Assembly (NCBI GenBank): GCA_038087875.1
Contig: CM075992.1
Location: 3,536,001-3,600,000, forward strand
Direction: 5' to 3'
Source: Malacoraja senta
Lineage: Eukaryota
DNA length: 64,000 nt
Below the pieces are notes generated by a model. That model ran no database searches. It was not told the DNA's origin and saw only the letters and a program-made list of their open reading frames with translations. The position numbers and the translations under genes were made by a program. Position 1 is the first letter of the stretch, and every line of letters begins with the position of its first letter. This document shows, one piece after another, positions 1 to 12,112 of the stretch.

Positions 1-85
1 TGTTGGTCGGTGTGGGCAAGTTGGGCCATGTTGGTCGGTGTGGGCAAGTTGGCCCATGTTGGTCGGTGTGGGCAAGTTGGGCCAA
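1..85. repeat. Three tandem copies of a 28-bp unit (TGTTGGTCGGTGTGGGCAAGTTGGGCCA) from a CR1/SINE-type 3' tail
   Basis: Direct repeats are visible at the window start; similar sequence occurs once in other retroposon tails (e.g. ~53595-53620). Confidence 0.7.
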
Positions 86-739
86 ATGGCGTGTTTCTGT
101 GCCGTATGACTCTATAACAACTATTGGTCAACCTGATTTTCTTCTCGTGTAGTGAGGAACTGCAGTTCCATGTTTAAACCGAAGATAGATAGATAAAATG
201 CTGGAGTAACTCAGCGGGTCGGGCAGCATCTTTGGAGAAAAGGAATGGGTGACGTTTTGGGTCTGAAGGGTCACCTATTCCTTTCCTCTAGAGATGCTGC
301 CTGACCTGCTGAGTTACTCCAGCATTTTGTGTCTACTGGTTTTCTGCTTTCAGGTCTGGGCTGGGTGGGTGCAGGGTGGATGTTGTCTCTGTAGGTGGAA
401 GGTCTTTAATCCCTGCTAATTGTTCAGTTCTAATACCAGTGACGGCTCCCTTCTACTGCCTGAAACTTGTCCCTTTGTCTAACCTGGCAATATAATTTTT
501 GCCGTGAAACTGCTTCTGACAGCCTCACAGTTGTTAATCCGATCCTGAATGATATCACAAAGGGGCGGGAGATATCAGGGTCGCTCCAGACAATTGTTGT
601 GATTACTGGCTGACTCATTCATCCGATTTGCTCCCCACCATTGTTCCATTTGATTCCTGCCTTGGGCCAATATGACTTGGGTAACTATGTTATCGGATAG
701 CTCGTTATGGAGGCAGCAGATTGAGTTTGTTCTATTAAG

Positions 740-1622
740 GTGCAGGTGGTGCAGCGGTAGAGTCGCTGCCTAATGCCCCTGTCCCACTTGGGAAACCTGA
801 ACGGAAACCTCTGGAGACTTAGCGCCCCACCCAAGGTTTCCGTGCGGTCCCCGGAGGTTTTTGTCAGTCTCCCTAATGGTCGAAAGTGGTTTCCGCTTCT
901 TCTATGTTCCGGCGATTATTTCAAAAAATTCAAAACCGGCCACGACTATAAATAGGTTGCCGTTTTAAAAATCGGTAATTTTTTTTAGTCGAAGCCGGTT
1001 GCGATGCTAGTTGAAGGTGGTTGCCGGAGGTTGCAGGTAGTGGAAGGTAAGACCTCCCTGGTGGAATAAAACTGGGTGAAAAAAAGGTCTTACCTTCCAC
1101 TACCTGCAACCTCCGGCAACCACCTTCAACTAGCATTGCAACCGGCTTCAACTAAAAAAATTACCGATTTTTAAAACGGCAACCTATTTTTAGTCGCGGC
1201 CGGTTTTGAATTTTTTGAAATAATCGCTGGCACAAAGAAGAAGCGGAAACCACTTTCGACCATTCGGGAGACTGACAAAAACTTCCGGGGACCTCACGGA
1301 AACCTTGGGTGGGGCGCAAAGTCTCCAGAGGTTTCCGTTCAGGTTTCCTAAGTGGGACAGGGGCATTACAGCAACAGAGACCCGGGTTCCATCCTGACTA
1401 CGGGTACTGTCTGTACGGAGTTTGTACGTTCTCCCTGTAACCTCCGTTAGTTTCCTCCGGGTGCTTAAGTTTCCTCCCACACTCCAAAGACGAACAGGTG
1501 TGTAGGCTTGGTATAAATGTAAATTGTCCCTAGTGTGTGTAGGGTAGTGTTCACCTGCAGGGATCGCTGGTCGGTGAAGGCTCGATGGGCCAAAGGGCCT
1601 GTTTCTGTGCTGTATAACTAAA
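740..1622 (+). mobile_element. tRNA-derived SINE (V-SINE/HE1-like) interrupted by a MITE
   Basis: A-box-like GGTGGTGCAGCGG head and B-box-like GGTTCCATCC; central GGAGTTTGTACGTTCTCCC..CCTCCCACACTCCAAAGAC domain; CR1-like 3' tail. Split by the insertion at 774-1365. Confidence 0.8.
774..1365. mobile_element. Fold-back palindromic MITE, PIF/Harbinger-like
   Basis: TGCCCCTGTCCCACTT...AAGTGGGACAGGGGCA termini; nearly the whole element is an inverted repeat; flanked by TAA/TTA at the host SINE's TTA site. Confidence 0.85.
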
Positions 1623-2243
1623 ATCGCCACCTATGCCACAGAATAAAGTTCTAGCTGGCCCTTGCCCTTCAGAGGGACGGCAATTTGGAATGCTGTGGGT
1701 TTTGACTGCTGCGAATGTTAAAATGGAAAGACAAATTTAAAAAGAAATTGAATATTTAAAAATAGGACAAGAGACAAGGGAACTGATCTAAATTGACGCT
1801 GCTTAGGTTGATAGGCCACCCACTATCACATTAACTAGGCCATTGTGTCATCACCAGCCAGCTTTTATTTTTGTTTTACTTTTGGAGATGCAGCATAGCA
1901 ATAGGCCCTTCAGCCCACCAAGTCCACATCGACCAACGATCACCTCTACACGAGTTCATTCCTACACACACTATGGACAATTTTCAATTTTACCAAAGCC
2001 AATTAACCTACCGACCTGCACGTCCTTGGAGTGTGGGAGGAAACCGGAGCACCCGGAGAAAACCCACGCAGGTCACAGGGTGAACGTACAAACTCTGTAC
2101 AGGCAGCGTCCGCAGTCGGGATCGAACCCCATTTTTCTTGTCTCTTGTCTGTCAACAGTTGGGTGAAGGGAAATGGCGCCACCTGCAGGCAGTGTGCAGA
2201 ACATCAGGGAGCTATGTTCTACCCTTAAACCTGTTGTACTAGG

Positions 2244-2556
2244 AGGTTTAGTTTAGAGATACAGCGCGGAAACAGGCCCTTCGGCCCACCAGGTCCGTGC
2301 CGACCAGCGATCCCCGCATATTAACACAATCCTACACCCACTTGGGACAATTTACACATACACCAAGCCAATTAACCTACAAACCTGTATGTTTTTGGAG
2401 TGTGGGAGGAAACCGAAGATCTCGGAGAAAACCCACACAGGTCACGGGGAGAACGGACAAACTCCGTACAGACAACACCCGTAGTCAGGATCGAACCGGG
2501 GTCTCCGGCGCTGCTTTCGCTGTAAGGCAGCAGCTCTACCGCTGCGCCACCGTGCC
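2244..2556 (-). mobile_element. tRNA-derived SINE (V-SINE/HE1-like), full length
   Basis: Reverse complement of the GGCACGGTGGCGCAGCGGTAGAG...GGTTCGATCC head, conserved central domain and CTAAA tail. Further copies lie at ~1870-2130, 44700-44870, 48836-49168, 60645-60910 and 62485-62790. Confidence 0.8.
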
Positions 2557-2990
2557 TCATTCATTCAAGGATGTATCATATCCCCTCAACTCCATTCTCC
2601 TGCCTTCTCCCCATAACTGCTGTCACCTGTACTAATCAAGAACCCATCAATCTCCACTTTAAAAATACCAACTAACTTGGCCTCCCCAGCCTTCTGTGGC
2701 AAAGAAGTCCACAGATTCACCACCCTCTGAGTAAAGACATTCCTCCTCATCTCCTTCCGAGAGGAACATCCTTTAAATCTGAGGCCATGACCTCTGGTCC
2801 TAGACTCTCCCACTAGTGGAAACATCCACTCTATCCAAGCCTTTCACTATTTGGTAACTTTCAATGAGGCCCCCACCATCCTCCTGAACTCTGGCGAGGA
2901 GAGGCCCAGAGCCAACAAAGGCTAAATAAATTAAACAAAAAAAAAATTAAATAAACCTAACTGGCAACTATGCTTCCAATTGTTTCCAAG

Positions 2991-3166
2991 GCCCAACAGC
3001 TCGATGGCCACATCCTGCCAAGCAAGTACCGGAGCAGCGCGGAAGCAACCACTGACGAAACCACTCAACGAAGGCCTGACTTGCGCTAGAACCGCCAAGC
3101 CCAGTATCCCGACGGCAGGATCCAAACCAGAGAAGCGCTCCCCTGCCTCTAACAGGACGTCTAAAG
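2991..3166 (+). CDS. PRR36: Internal coding exon of PRR36-like gene (basic, S/T/P/K-rich)
   Basis: Acceptor TTTCCAAG| before 2991, open frame, donor AAG|GTGGTC in phase 1, matching the phase-1 acceptor at 6278; unique sequence among repeats. Confidence 0.6.
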
Positions 3167-3327
3167 GTGGTCCGTACATGATTTCCCCCAAATTGTACTG
3201 TTGTCTGCTGAGTGAGACATGTTTGCTGGAGTACAGAGCAGTTCCTAGATAAAATTGGCAGAAAAAGGGTTAAAGTATTATTGCGGCTGGGACTGGGGAA
3301 CGGTCTCGACCCGAAACGTCACCTATT

Positions 3328-3606
3328 CAGGGGCGACCGCGCCTTTGCGGTTGCAGCCCCTAGACTGTGGAACAGCATCCCCTTTCCCATCAGAACTGCC
3401 CCCTCCATCGACTCCTTTAAGTCAAGACTAAAAACTTATCTATACTCCCAAGCCTTTCTTGACGTCCTCTAAGCGAGGGCTATATGTATATGTATATATA
3501 TATGTAGTTTGTTTGTTTATATTATTCTTATAACAAATGTAAAGCACTTTGGCCAACGAGAGTTGTTTTTTAAATGTGCTATATAAATAAATGTGACTTG
3601 ACTTGC
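3328..3606 (+). mobile_element. L2-clade LINE 3' fragment inserted in a Penelope-derived repeat
   Basis: GDRAFAVAAPRLWNSIP..FKSRLKTYL RT C-terminus, AATAAA plus (GACTT)n tail, short CTATTC duplication. Near-identical copies at ~36706-36938 and ~48210-48453. Confidence 0.75.
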
Positions 3607-5443
3607 TATTCCTTTTCTCCAGAGATGCTGCCTGACCCGCTGAGTTACTCCAGCGTTTTGTGTCTATTGCAGTGAGACTTATTGCATGTAGTTTGTGTGC
3701 AGGATAGTGTTGGTGTACAGGGTGATCACTGGTCGATGTGGACTCGGTGGGCCGAAGGGCCTGTCTCAGCTCTGAAGTCTATGACTCCATATGTTCGTAT
3801 CTCACTGATGGGTCCCTTAATCAGGTAGTCTATCCAGTGAGCACCCTGCCTGCCCCTCCCTCAAGACCCTGAACTAGTCTACACCCCTTTGACAATAGAC
3901 AATAGGTGCAGGAGTAGGCCATTCGGCCCTTCGAGCACATTCAATGTGATCATGGCTGATCATCCCCAATCAGTACCCCGTTCCTGCCTTCTCCCCATAT
4001 CCCCTGACTCCGCTATTTTTAAGAGCCCTATCTAGCTCTCTCTTGAAAGCATCCAGAGAACCTGCCTCCACCGCCCTCTGAGGCAGAGAATTCCACAGAA
4101 CTTTGACATTTGGACAAAGTTTGTCTGAATCCTTTCTTGACAAGGTGCATGAGTTTGAACTGCACCCACTATCCTCACATTGGCCCATGACACCTGGAAT
4201 TAATGGCAAGTCTTTCGTTTAAAGAAAATATGTGAATGATGATTTTCGCTGACCTTGATCCAGGATGCACAGCAGTAGGTGGAGCAAACCTACACAGTGG
4301 TATCGAAACTGAGGGTAGAGTTCCAAGATGGAGTCTCTATCGAAGGTGGATACACAGTGCTGAAGTAACCCGTTGGGCTCAGGCAGCGTCTCTGGATAAA
4401 ACGGATGGGTGATGTTTTGGGTCGGAACCCATCTTCTGACTGAGAGTGAAAGTGGGTGATCTGGAGGGAGGAAAAGGCCAGAGAATTCAATTCAATTCAA
4501 CTTTAATGTCATTGCACAAATACTGAGTATGGGTACAATGAAATGCAGTTTTGCGTCAGTCCGTAGTAGTAGTGCAATATAGAAATTAAAAAAAAAAAAA
4601 AAGAGGATACAGAATAATCAAAAATACAGAATAATTAACAATGGGACCAGAGAAAAGTAGGGCCCATAGCAGATGACCATAGCGTGGAGCCCATAATGGC
4701 CCAATGTATTTCTATCAACTCTCATATGAAACAGTGACTGCATGCAAACTCTGACTCTTGGTGTTGTGTGTGTGTGTGTGTGTTAATCGGTGATTGCAAG
4801 GCCAAAAGTAAAGTTCGAGGGCAAGCTATGTGGACCAGGCCCACGTTTCCTGAAGTCCATAGATATCGCCTCCTCGATCAAAGGATCCATTGACCTTCCA
4901 TGTACGAGGACTTTAACTTTACTGCACCATTCTACTGTTGTGTGGTGGCTTTTTTAAATTGCTGTTTTTTTCCTTATTCTTCCCTCCCTCCCGAAAATAT
5001 GTAATATGTGATTCTGTTCCATTCTGTTTGTAGTTTTTTTTGTTGTTGCTCAATTCACGAGCATTGCCACTTTTCATTTCACGGCACGTTTCTCGTACGT
5101 GTATGTGAGGAATAAACTTGACTTGACCATGTACGGTCTTGAGCAGCAAAGGGTCTGATGGGTGGTGTCTTCTGACTACTAAACCCAACTTGAAGCTGAA
5201 TGGTGCTCGAGTAACTCAGCGGGTCAGGCAGCATCTTTTGGAGAACATGGATAGGTGATATTTCTGACTGAGGCCTCCTTCAAACTTGGGGGGAGGGGGG
5301 GGGGGGATAGAGAAGAAAGCCTAGATTAAGGAAGGGGCAGAATGGAGACTAGCAGGTTATGGATGAGGGGGGAGGATTTGATGGAAGGTTGGACAAACAG
5401 CTGAGATGAAAAGACAGAAGGTGTGAGGTCAGGATTGAAGCAT

Positions 5444-6040
5444 AACATAGAAGCATAGAAAATAGGTGCAGGAGGAGGCCATTCGGCCCTTTGACCCATT
5501 CATTGTGATCATGGCTGCTCATCCCCAATCAATAACCCGTGCCTGCCTTCTCCCCATAATCCCTTGATTCCACCAGCCCCTAGAGCTCTATCTAACTCTC
5601 TCTTAAATCCATCCAGTGACTTGGCCTCCACTGCCCTCTGTGGCAGGGAATTCCACAAATTCACAACTCCCTGGGTGAAAAAGTTTTTTCTCACCTCAGT
5701 CTTAAATGGCCTCCCCTTTATTCTAAGACTGTGGCCCCTGGTTCTGGACTCGCCCAACATTGGGAACATTTTTCCTGCATCTAGCTTGTCCAGTCCTTTT
5801 TATAATTTTAGATGTTTCTATAAGATTCCCCCTCATCCTTCTAAACTCCAGTGAATACAAGCCTAGTCTTTTCAATCTTTCCTCATATGACAGTCCCGCC
5901 ATCCCAGGGATCAATCTCGTGAACCTACGCTGCACTGCCTCAATCACAAGGGATGTCCTTCCTCAAATTAGGAGACCAAAACTGTACACAATACTCCAGA
6001 TGTGGTCCTACCAGAGCCCTATACCACTGCGGAAGAACCT
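5444..6040 (-). mobile_element. CR1 LINE 3' fragment
   Basis: RT C-terminal motifs [37 protein letters not shown] (frameshifted) plus 3' UTR stem and tandem tail. Confidence 0.9.
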
Positions 6041-6277
6041 CGAAGAGTTGCAGAATGTGAAGCTGGAGGAGGGGGAGGTGAGGTAAAAGTGAGAGTCCAG
6101 GTGAGGCATGGGGGGAGGAAATAAAATGACCTGTTTTCACTTTAGTTTTAATGGATTGATTTTGGCGTCATGCCACCTGGGTTCATCACTACCATCATCA
6201 TCATGGCTGACTTGCCGGTTCATGTTACTGTTGAATGTATTAATAAATCTGATTGACTTTGTCCTCCATCTCTCCAG

Positions 6278-8563
6278 ACCTGGCTCTCGGCTCTTCCCAG
6301 CTAAAGAAGAATCCCAGTTTGGAAGCGGGTAAAGGCAGCAACATTGCCAGGACAAGCAAACTACAACTGCCGAAGCCTTCAGAATCTTTGTCTGAAACAA
6401 CACATGGGGGTGCAAGTGTGAAGACCAAAATGCCTGTTAAACAAAGGCAGGGGATATTGCCTGATGCCTCTGTCTCCAAGAGCTTGGTGGGTATTGTTCT
6501 CCCTTCAATGAAGACCACCCAAGCCATCGAGAAGCAACCCTTGTCAAGTGGTAGATCGTCAAGCACCATAAAGTCTCTCTCTGAGAATAACTTTGGGAGA
6601 TGTGGGTTCTTGGAGAGCCGCCTCAATGCTAAACCAAAGGCCAAGATGAAGGGGCCACCTCCCAGCTTGGTTGTTGCACCAGGCGTTGGAGATGTGGTTG
6701 AGGAGCCACGGGGCAGTCTGACCATCAGAAACGCCCCCTCTCCACGAGGAATGAAGGCAGCCCTTACCCTTGGCCCTGCCGGTGAAATGGCTCGTGCTGA
6801 GGGAAAGGTGGCGGGTGCTGAGGCTGAACCAAGTGTGCAGGTGCCGGCACTCGAAGGAGCAGAAGATATGGAATGTTTTAGATCTGTTGAATTGGCTGGC
6901 CAGTTAAACAAAGGAGAGATGAATTCTGACCCAAATCTTGAGCCAGAGCTGCGTTTAACCTACCGTGATAAAATGGACAATATTGGAGCTATGGTTGGGA
7001 GTGAACATAATGTTCCTGAAGGGGTCGATTCAGTTAATGAAAACCATTATGAAGTTCAACAGACTAACGCGGATGACAATGTGATTGATGTTGGTGGAGA
7101 AGTCAACTTGACCGATTTGGAAGAATGCCTCCTGCCGAGCCAATGGATTGTTGAGATGGACTCTGCTTTACCATGTTCTGAAGGGTCTCCATCCATTGTG
7201 GATCTTGGTCCTCTCGATCCTACTCCAGCAAGTCCACCAGAAAATCTACCTGTAATTGAGGGCAATGTAGTCCTTGTCCCAACTTTGGAGAACGTTACAC
7301 TTGCTAGGGGGTCTCCTTTAGGAAGTGGCTTGGAAGATGCGAGCTCTCTGGAGTCCAACAGTAATGTATCTACTGGAGAGCAAGTTATGCTGAGTGTGAA
7401 TGTGACTGTGTGTGAATACTCCAAGGCAGATATCGTGGTAACTCCTCCTGAAGACCTCCGTCCAGAGACGCTGTCGAGTTGCGATCAAGATGTTGCCTTC
7501 AAGCTTTGCGAGCTGCTGGTGGAATGTTTCAGAACAACTGCAGAGTCGCAACGTCCTGTTGAAAGTGAAGACTTGCCCTCTGGAGGGAAGCTTGGTATTT
7601 TGCTTGGAGATCCGTGCGAAGACCACGGTGCGTCCCAGGCTAGCACGCTGAGCGGCCCGGACGCGGCCGGGAAGAGCAGCAGCGTCACCAGCACTCCAGA
7701 GGAGCTGAAGGATTACAACAGCAGTTCTGGAGTCGAGTCCAAGTCGGAGAAATTGGAATCTGCAGATGTTGGCTCTCCTCCACGAGAGCTCTGCGAACCT
7801 GATCTTGTGGAGCAGGATTTGGGGATTCACTTGGAAAGGGGTGATTATGAGCCGGAGACACTACCAGCTGATGATCTGCTGGAAGGTTCTTCAACTGAAC
7901 CCATGGTCTCTTCAGATGATGAAGATCATTTGGAGGGTGATCTTGAAACCCTGGCTGAGATAACGAACCAGCGTGGACTCGAAGGGATAGACAACCCCGT
8001 ATTTGAGGACAAAGCTGCGACTGAATTGAAAACTGAAAGTCTCTCCCTTCCGTTTAATTCCCCCCAATTCAATCCCTCTAGTCTCCAGGCTGTGGATGAA
8101 ATAGAAGAGCTTGCGACTGCCGAGAGTCCCGCCTCTCCAGGATTGGGGCAACTTGGCTCCCATGCCCTCCAAAGCTGCCTGCTCTCGACAATGGAGCCGC
8201 AGGCAGGTCTTCCCCTGGACAACCAGGTCTCGAGCCTCCCCCCGTCGATCGACGGCCAGTCCCGTGGGTCTCCCATTCAGGGTGGCTGCCCGATTGAAGC
8301 TGAGCCTTTGACCGGAGTCATCCCCGACGTGACTTTAAATCTGCAGCGTGCATTTGACCTGGTGGAAGACGTTCCCAGTGAGTTGGCAGATGAACCACTG
8401 CCCGCGGATGCAGAGGTACCAGGAGCAAACCATCCCATGAACTGCCTTGACGGGGAGTTGGCTAAATTACAAGAGATGGCTGGTGGTACGGATGATGCAA
8501 ATGGAGGTTGCATGCAACAGCTATGCTACCCTCTGTATGAAAAGAATGATAACATATTGGCAG
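6278..8563 (+). CDS. PRR36: Large 2286-nt coding exon of PRR36-like (BTBD8/KIAA1107 paralog) protein
   Basis: 773-aa ORF; acceptor CTCTCCAG|AC and donor CAG|GTAATG, both phase 1. Contains STLSGPDAAGKSSSVTSTPEELKDY, which I recall as the conserved PRR36/KIAA1107 motif. Confidence 0.8.
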
Positions 8564-9889
8564 GTAATGTATGAAATGCTACTTTTGAAAAATAAAAATA
8601 TGCTTTCCCCCCCCAGGGTGGCATTTCTGTAAATGTAATAGATACCAATGTAATATATACACCTTTTGTCCTGGACTCTGATGCCCAAATACACTGATCA
8701 TATTGCCTGAACCTAATTTTAATTTGAATTCTATGGATGTTCTTGCTCATCACTGCTAACATCTTGGTGACAAACCTGCAGGGCATTAGAAATTGTGTAA
8801 ATCATTTCTTTTGTTCATTTAATATTGATTAATAAAGTGTTATACTATGATGGAACTGGCCATTTTGTACAGGCTATGTGTGCACTGGGTGGGGGTGGGG
8901 AGTGGTATGTGAGGGAGTGTGGTGCTGGGTGGAGCATCTTTGATCTCTAAACCAAGCCCAGGTCGATCCTCCATGCAACCTGATGTGATGTACATTTTAA
9001 AATGAGTAATACTAGCTAGAGATCTCTCCCTTGACTCTCATTTAGTTTATCGATACGAGGTACAGTGAAAAGCTTTTGCTGCGGGCTAACCAGTCAGTGG
9101 AAAGACAACACATGATTACAATCCAGCCATTCACAGTGTACAGATACATTCTAAAGGGAATAACGTTTAGTGCAAGGTAAAATCCGATCAAAGATAGGCT
9201 GACGGTTTCCAATGAGGTAGATATTAGCTCAGGGTTATTCTCCAGTTGGTAGACAAAAGTGCTGGAGAAACTCAGCGGGTGCAGCAGCATCTATGGAGCG
9301 AAGGAAATAGGCAACGTTTCGGGCCGAAACCCTTCTTCAGACTATTTCCTTCGCTCCATAGATGCTGCCTCACCCGCTGAGTTTCTCCAGCATTTTTGTC
9401 TGCCTTCGATTTTCCAGCATCTGCAGTTCCTTCCTGATACATGGGAGGAGTGTTGTATTCTTAAATGCATCTACATCCAATTGCAAACCCGTTATTCTCC
9501 AGTTGTTGGTAAGATGATTCCGTTGCCTGATAACAGCTGGTTCCTATGTTATCAGCGGACATTGAGTTAACAATCGAACCATTGTACTTTCACCTGCGAG
9601 TAAGGAAAGGGTCTTCTCCAGGTGCAGCCATATCATTCTCAGCATAGTTGTCTTATCTACTTGGTAGTGCTTTTCCAATCCCAGATAGAAGGCCAAATCT
9701 ATTCATTGCATGCAGTGAACTGACCTAACGTAGCTGGTCATTGGAACACATGCAGGAATGTTAACTTAGCACCTTAAAATATATATTTTTTAAATGCTGT
9801 TTTAAATGAGCTTGGTGACTGGGACCATTTGATGCTTTTTGGGAAATGACGATTTGAACTTGGGTGGGCAGTGAGAATGAGAAGGAAGT

Positions 9890-10107
9890 AACTGCAGATG
9901 CTGGTTTACACCAAAGATGAACACACAATGCTGGAGTAACTCAGCGGGACAGGCAGCATCTCTGGAGAGAAGGAGTGGGCAACGTTTCGGGTCAAGACCC
10001 CTCCTTCAGACTGAAGAAGGGTCTCGACCCGAAACGTCACCCGTTCCTTCTCTGCAGAAATGCTGCCTGTCCTGCTGAGTTACTCCAGTATTCTGTGTCT
10101 ATCTTCA
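9890..10107. mobile_element. Penelope-derived inverted (head-to-head) terminal repeat pair with hammerhead cores
   Basis: Arms ACTGCAGATGCTGG..CTCAGCGGGACAGGCAGCATCTCTGGAGAGAAGG..GACCC and its reverse complement. The same sequence forms the 3' end of GIY-YIG-bearing fragments at 11400-12112 and 51377-51920. Confidence 0.75.
10011..10038 (+). ncRNA. Minimal type-I hammerhead ribozyme core (Penelope-type)
   Basis: CTGAAGA-A-GGGTC-TC-GACCC-GAAA-C-GTC: CUGANGA box, 5-bp stem II, GAAA box, short ACGU stem III and GUC cleavage triplet. Confidence 0.6.
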
Positions 10108-10167
10108 GTTTAGAATGAGGGTAGGTGTTGCAAAGATGAGTTCAATGCTAGGTTAGCTAGAGCTTTG

Positions 10168-10598
10168 TAGATACATAGATACATAGATACATAGATACAT
10201 AGAAATTAGGTGCAGGAGTAGGCCATTCGGCCCTTCGAGCCTGCAATACGATCAATACGATCATGGCTGATCATCCAACTCAGTATCCCGTACCTGCCTT
10301 CTCTCCATACCCCCTGATCCCTTTAGCCACAAGGGCCACATCTAATTCCCTCTTAAATATAGCCAATGAACTGGCCTCAACTACCCTCTGTGGCAGAGAG
10401 TTCCAGAGATTCACCACTCTCTGTGTGAAAAAGTTTTTCCTCATCTCGGTCTTAAAGGATTTTCCCCTTATCCTTAAGCTGTGACCCCTTGTCCTGGACT
10501 TCCCCAACATCGGGAACAATCTTCCTGCATCTAGCCTGTCCAACCCCATAAGAATCTTGTACGTTTCTATAAGATCCCCTCTCAATCTCCTAAATTCT
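10168..10598 (-). mobile_element. CR1 LINE 3' fragment with (CATAGATA)n tail
   Basis: RRLRGDLIETYKIL...FFTQRVVNLWNSLP...GIRGYGEKAGTGY; octamer tandem tail at 10168-10204. Confidence 0.9.
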
Positions 10599-11399
10599 AC
10601 CGATGTTTGAGGACCACCCATTGCCTAGCTTTGAGTCCTTCTGTCAGAATTAAAATGCTAGTTTGATACATGGGAGGAGTGTTGTATCCTTAAATGCATC
10701 AACATCCAATTGGTCTGGTATGGTCTCAATGAAAATGTTCTATTCTGTCCTACTTGTCCAAGCTCTTCCCCCCCATCTCCCCCACCCCTGTACAATTCTC
10801 TGTTCAGCTCCATGTGCAATTTCTTTGTGAACTTGGGAGAATGTAGCAAAGTTAATATCTTGCATGTAACCCTTGATTTCAACTCCTCTCAAAGAGGGGG
10901 GAGGCAGGGAACAAGATGTTCTGTAGCTATCAGTGTGGTCTTGGAAAACAAGTTTCTTTGGGCGAGAAGGCTCCTTTGGGTTGCCGGAGATCATGGAATG
11001 TGATGGCTGGTTTTGCGGTTGCTTTGCAATCTTGCGGCATCTTCCAATCTAAACATGGCAGCTTAACACATTGTGTGGGGAGGAACTGCAGATGTTGGTT
11101 TAAACCGAAGATAGACACAAAGCTCGAATAACTCAGCGGGACGGGCAGCATCTCTGGAGAGAAGGAATGGGTGACGTTTAGGGTCGGGACCCTTCTTCAG
11201 AACATCCTTTACATGTTCAAAAACCCTCCGCTGGAAGAATCACTGGGTGATGCGTGTAGCAAGATGAATCGGTCTGATGAAGGGTCTCGATCCGAAAAGT
11301 CACCCATTCCTCCTCTCCAGAGATGCTACCTGACCCGCTGAGTTACTCTAGTTTTTTGTGTCTATCTTCAGATTAAACCAGCATCTGCAGTTCCTTCCT

Positions 11400-12112
11400 A
11401 CACATAGTTGGTTTAAGTCGAAGATAGACACAAAAAGCTGGAGTAACTCAGCGGGACAGGCAGCATCTCTGGAGAGAAGGAATGGGTGACGTTTCGGGTC
11501 GAGACCCTTCGTCAGACTGGTTAGGGATAAGGGAAATGAGAGATATAGACGATGATGTGGTGAGATAAAGAACAATCAATAAAAGATATGTAAAAATAAT
11601 GATGATAAAGGAAACAGGCCATTGTTAGCTGTTTGTTGGGTGAGAACGAGAAGCTGGTGCGACTTGGGTGGGGGAGGGATAGAGAGAGAGGGAATGCCGG
11701 GGCTTCCTGAAGTGAGAGAAATCAATATTCATGCCACTGGGCTGTAAGCTGCCCAAGCGAAATATGAGATGCTGTTCCTCCACTTTGCATTTAACCTCAC
11801 TCTGACAATGGAGGAGACCGAGGACAGAAAGGTCTGTGTGGGTAGACACAAAGCTGGAGTAACTCAGCGGGACAGGCAGCATCTCTGGAGAGAAGGAATG
11901 GGTGACATTAAGGTCAGTGTGGGAATGGGCAGGAGAATTAAAGTGTTTGGCAACTGGGAGATCGGGTAGGTCCAGGCGGACTGAACGAAGGTGTTCAGCG
12001 TAACGATCGCCCAGTCTGCGTTTGGTCTCGCCGATGTATAAGAGTCCATATCTTGAACAACGGATACAGTAGATGAGGTTGGCGGAGGTGCAAGTGAACC
12101 TCTGCCTAACCT
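11400..12112 (-). mobile_element. Penelope-like retroelement 3' fragment (GIY-YIG endonuclease plus terminal repeat)
   Basis: Translation RQRFTCTSANLIYCIRCSRYGLLYIGETKRRLGDRYAEHLRS...VAKHFN...EQHLIFRLGSLQPSGMN matches the PLE GIY-YIG domain; followed by the hammerhead-bearing repeat (core at 11488-11515). Confidence 0.85.

Noticed and set aside
6240..8513. Antisense ORFs overlapping the large PRR36-like exon
   Set aside because: Shadow ORFs of a long coding exon with no recognisable motifs.
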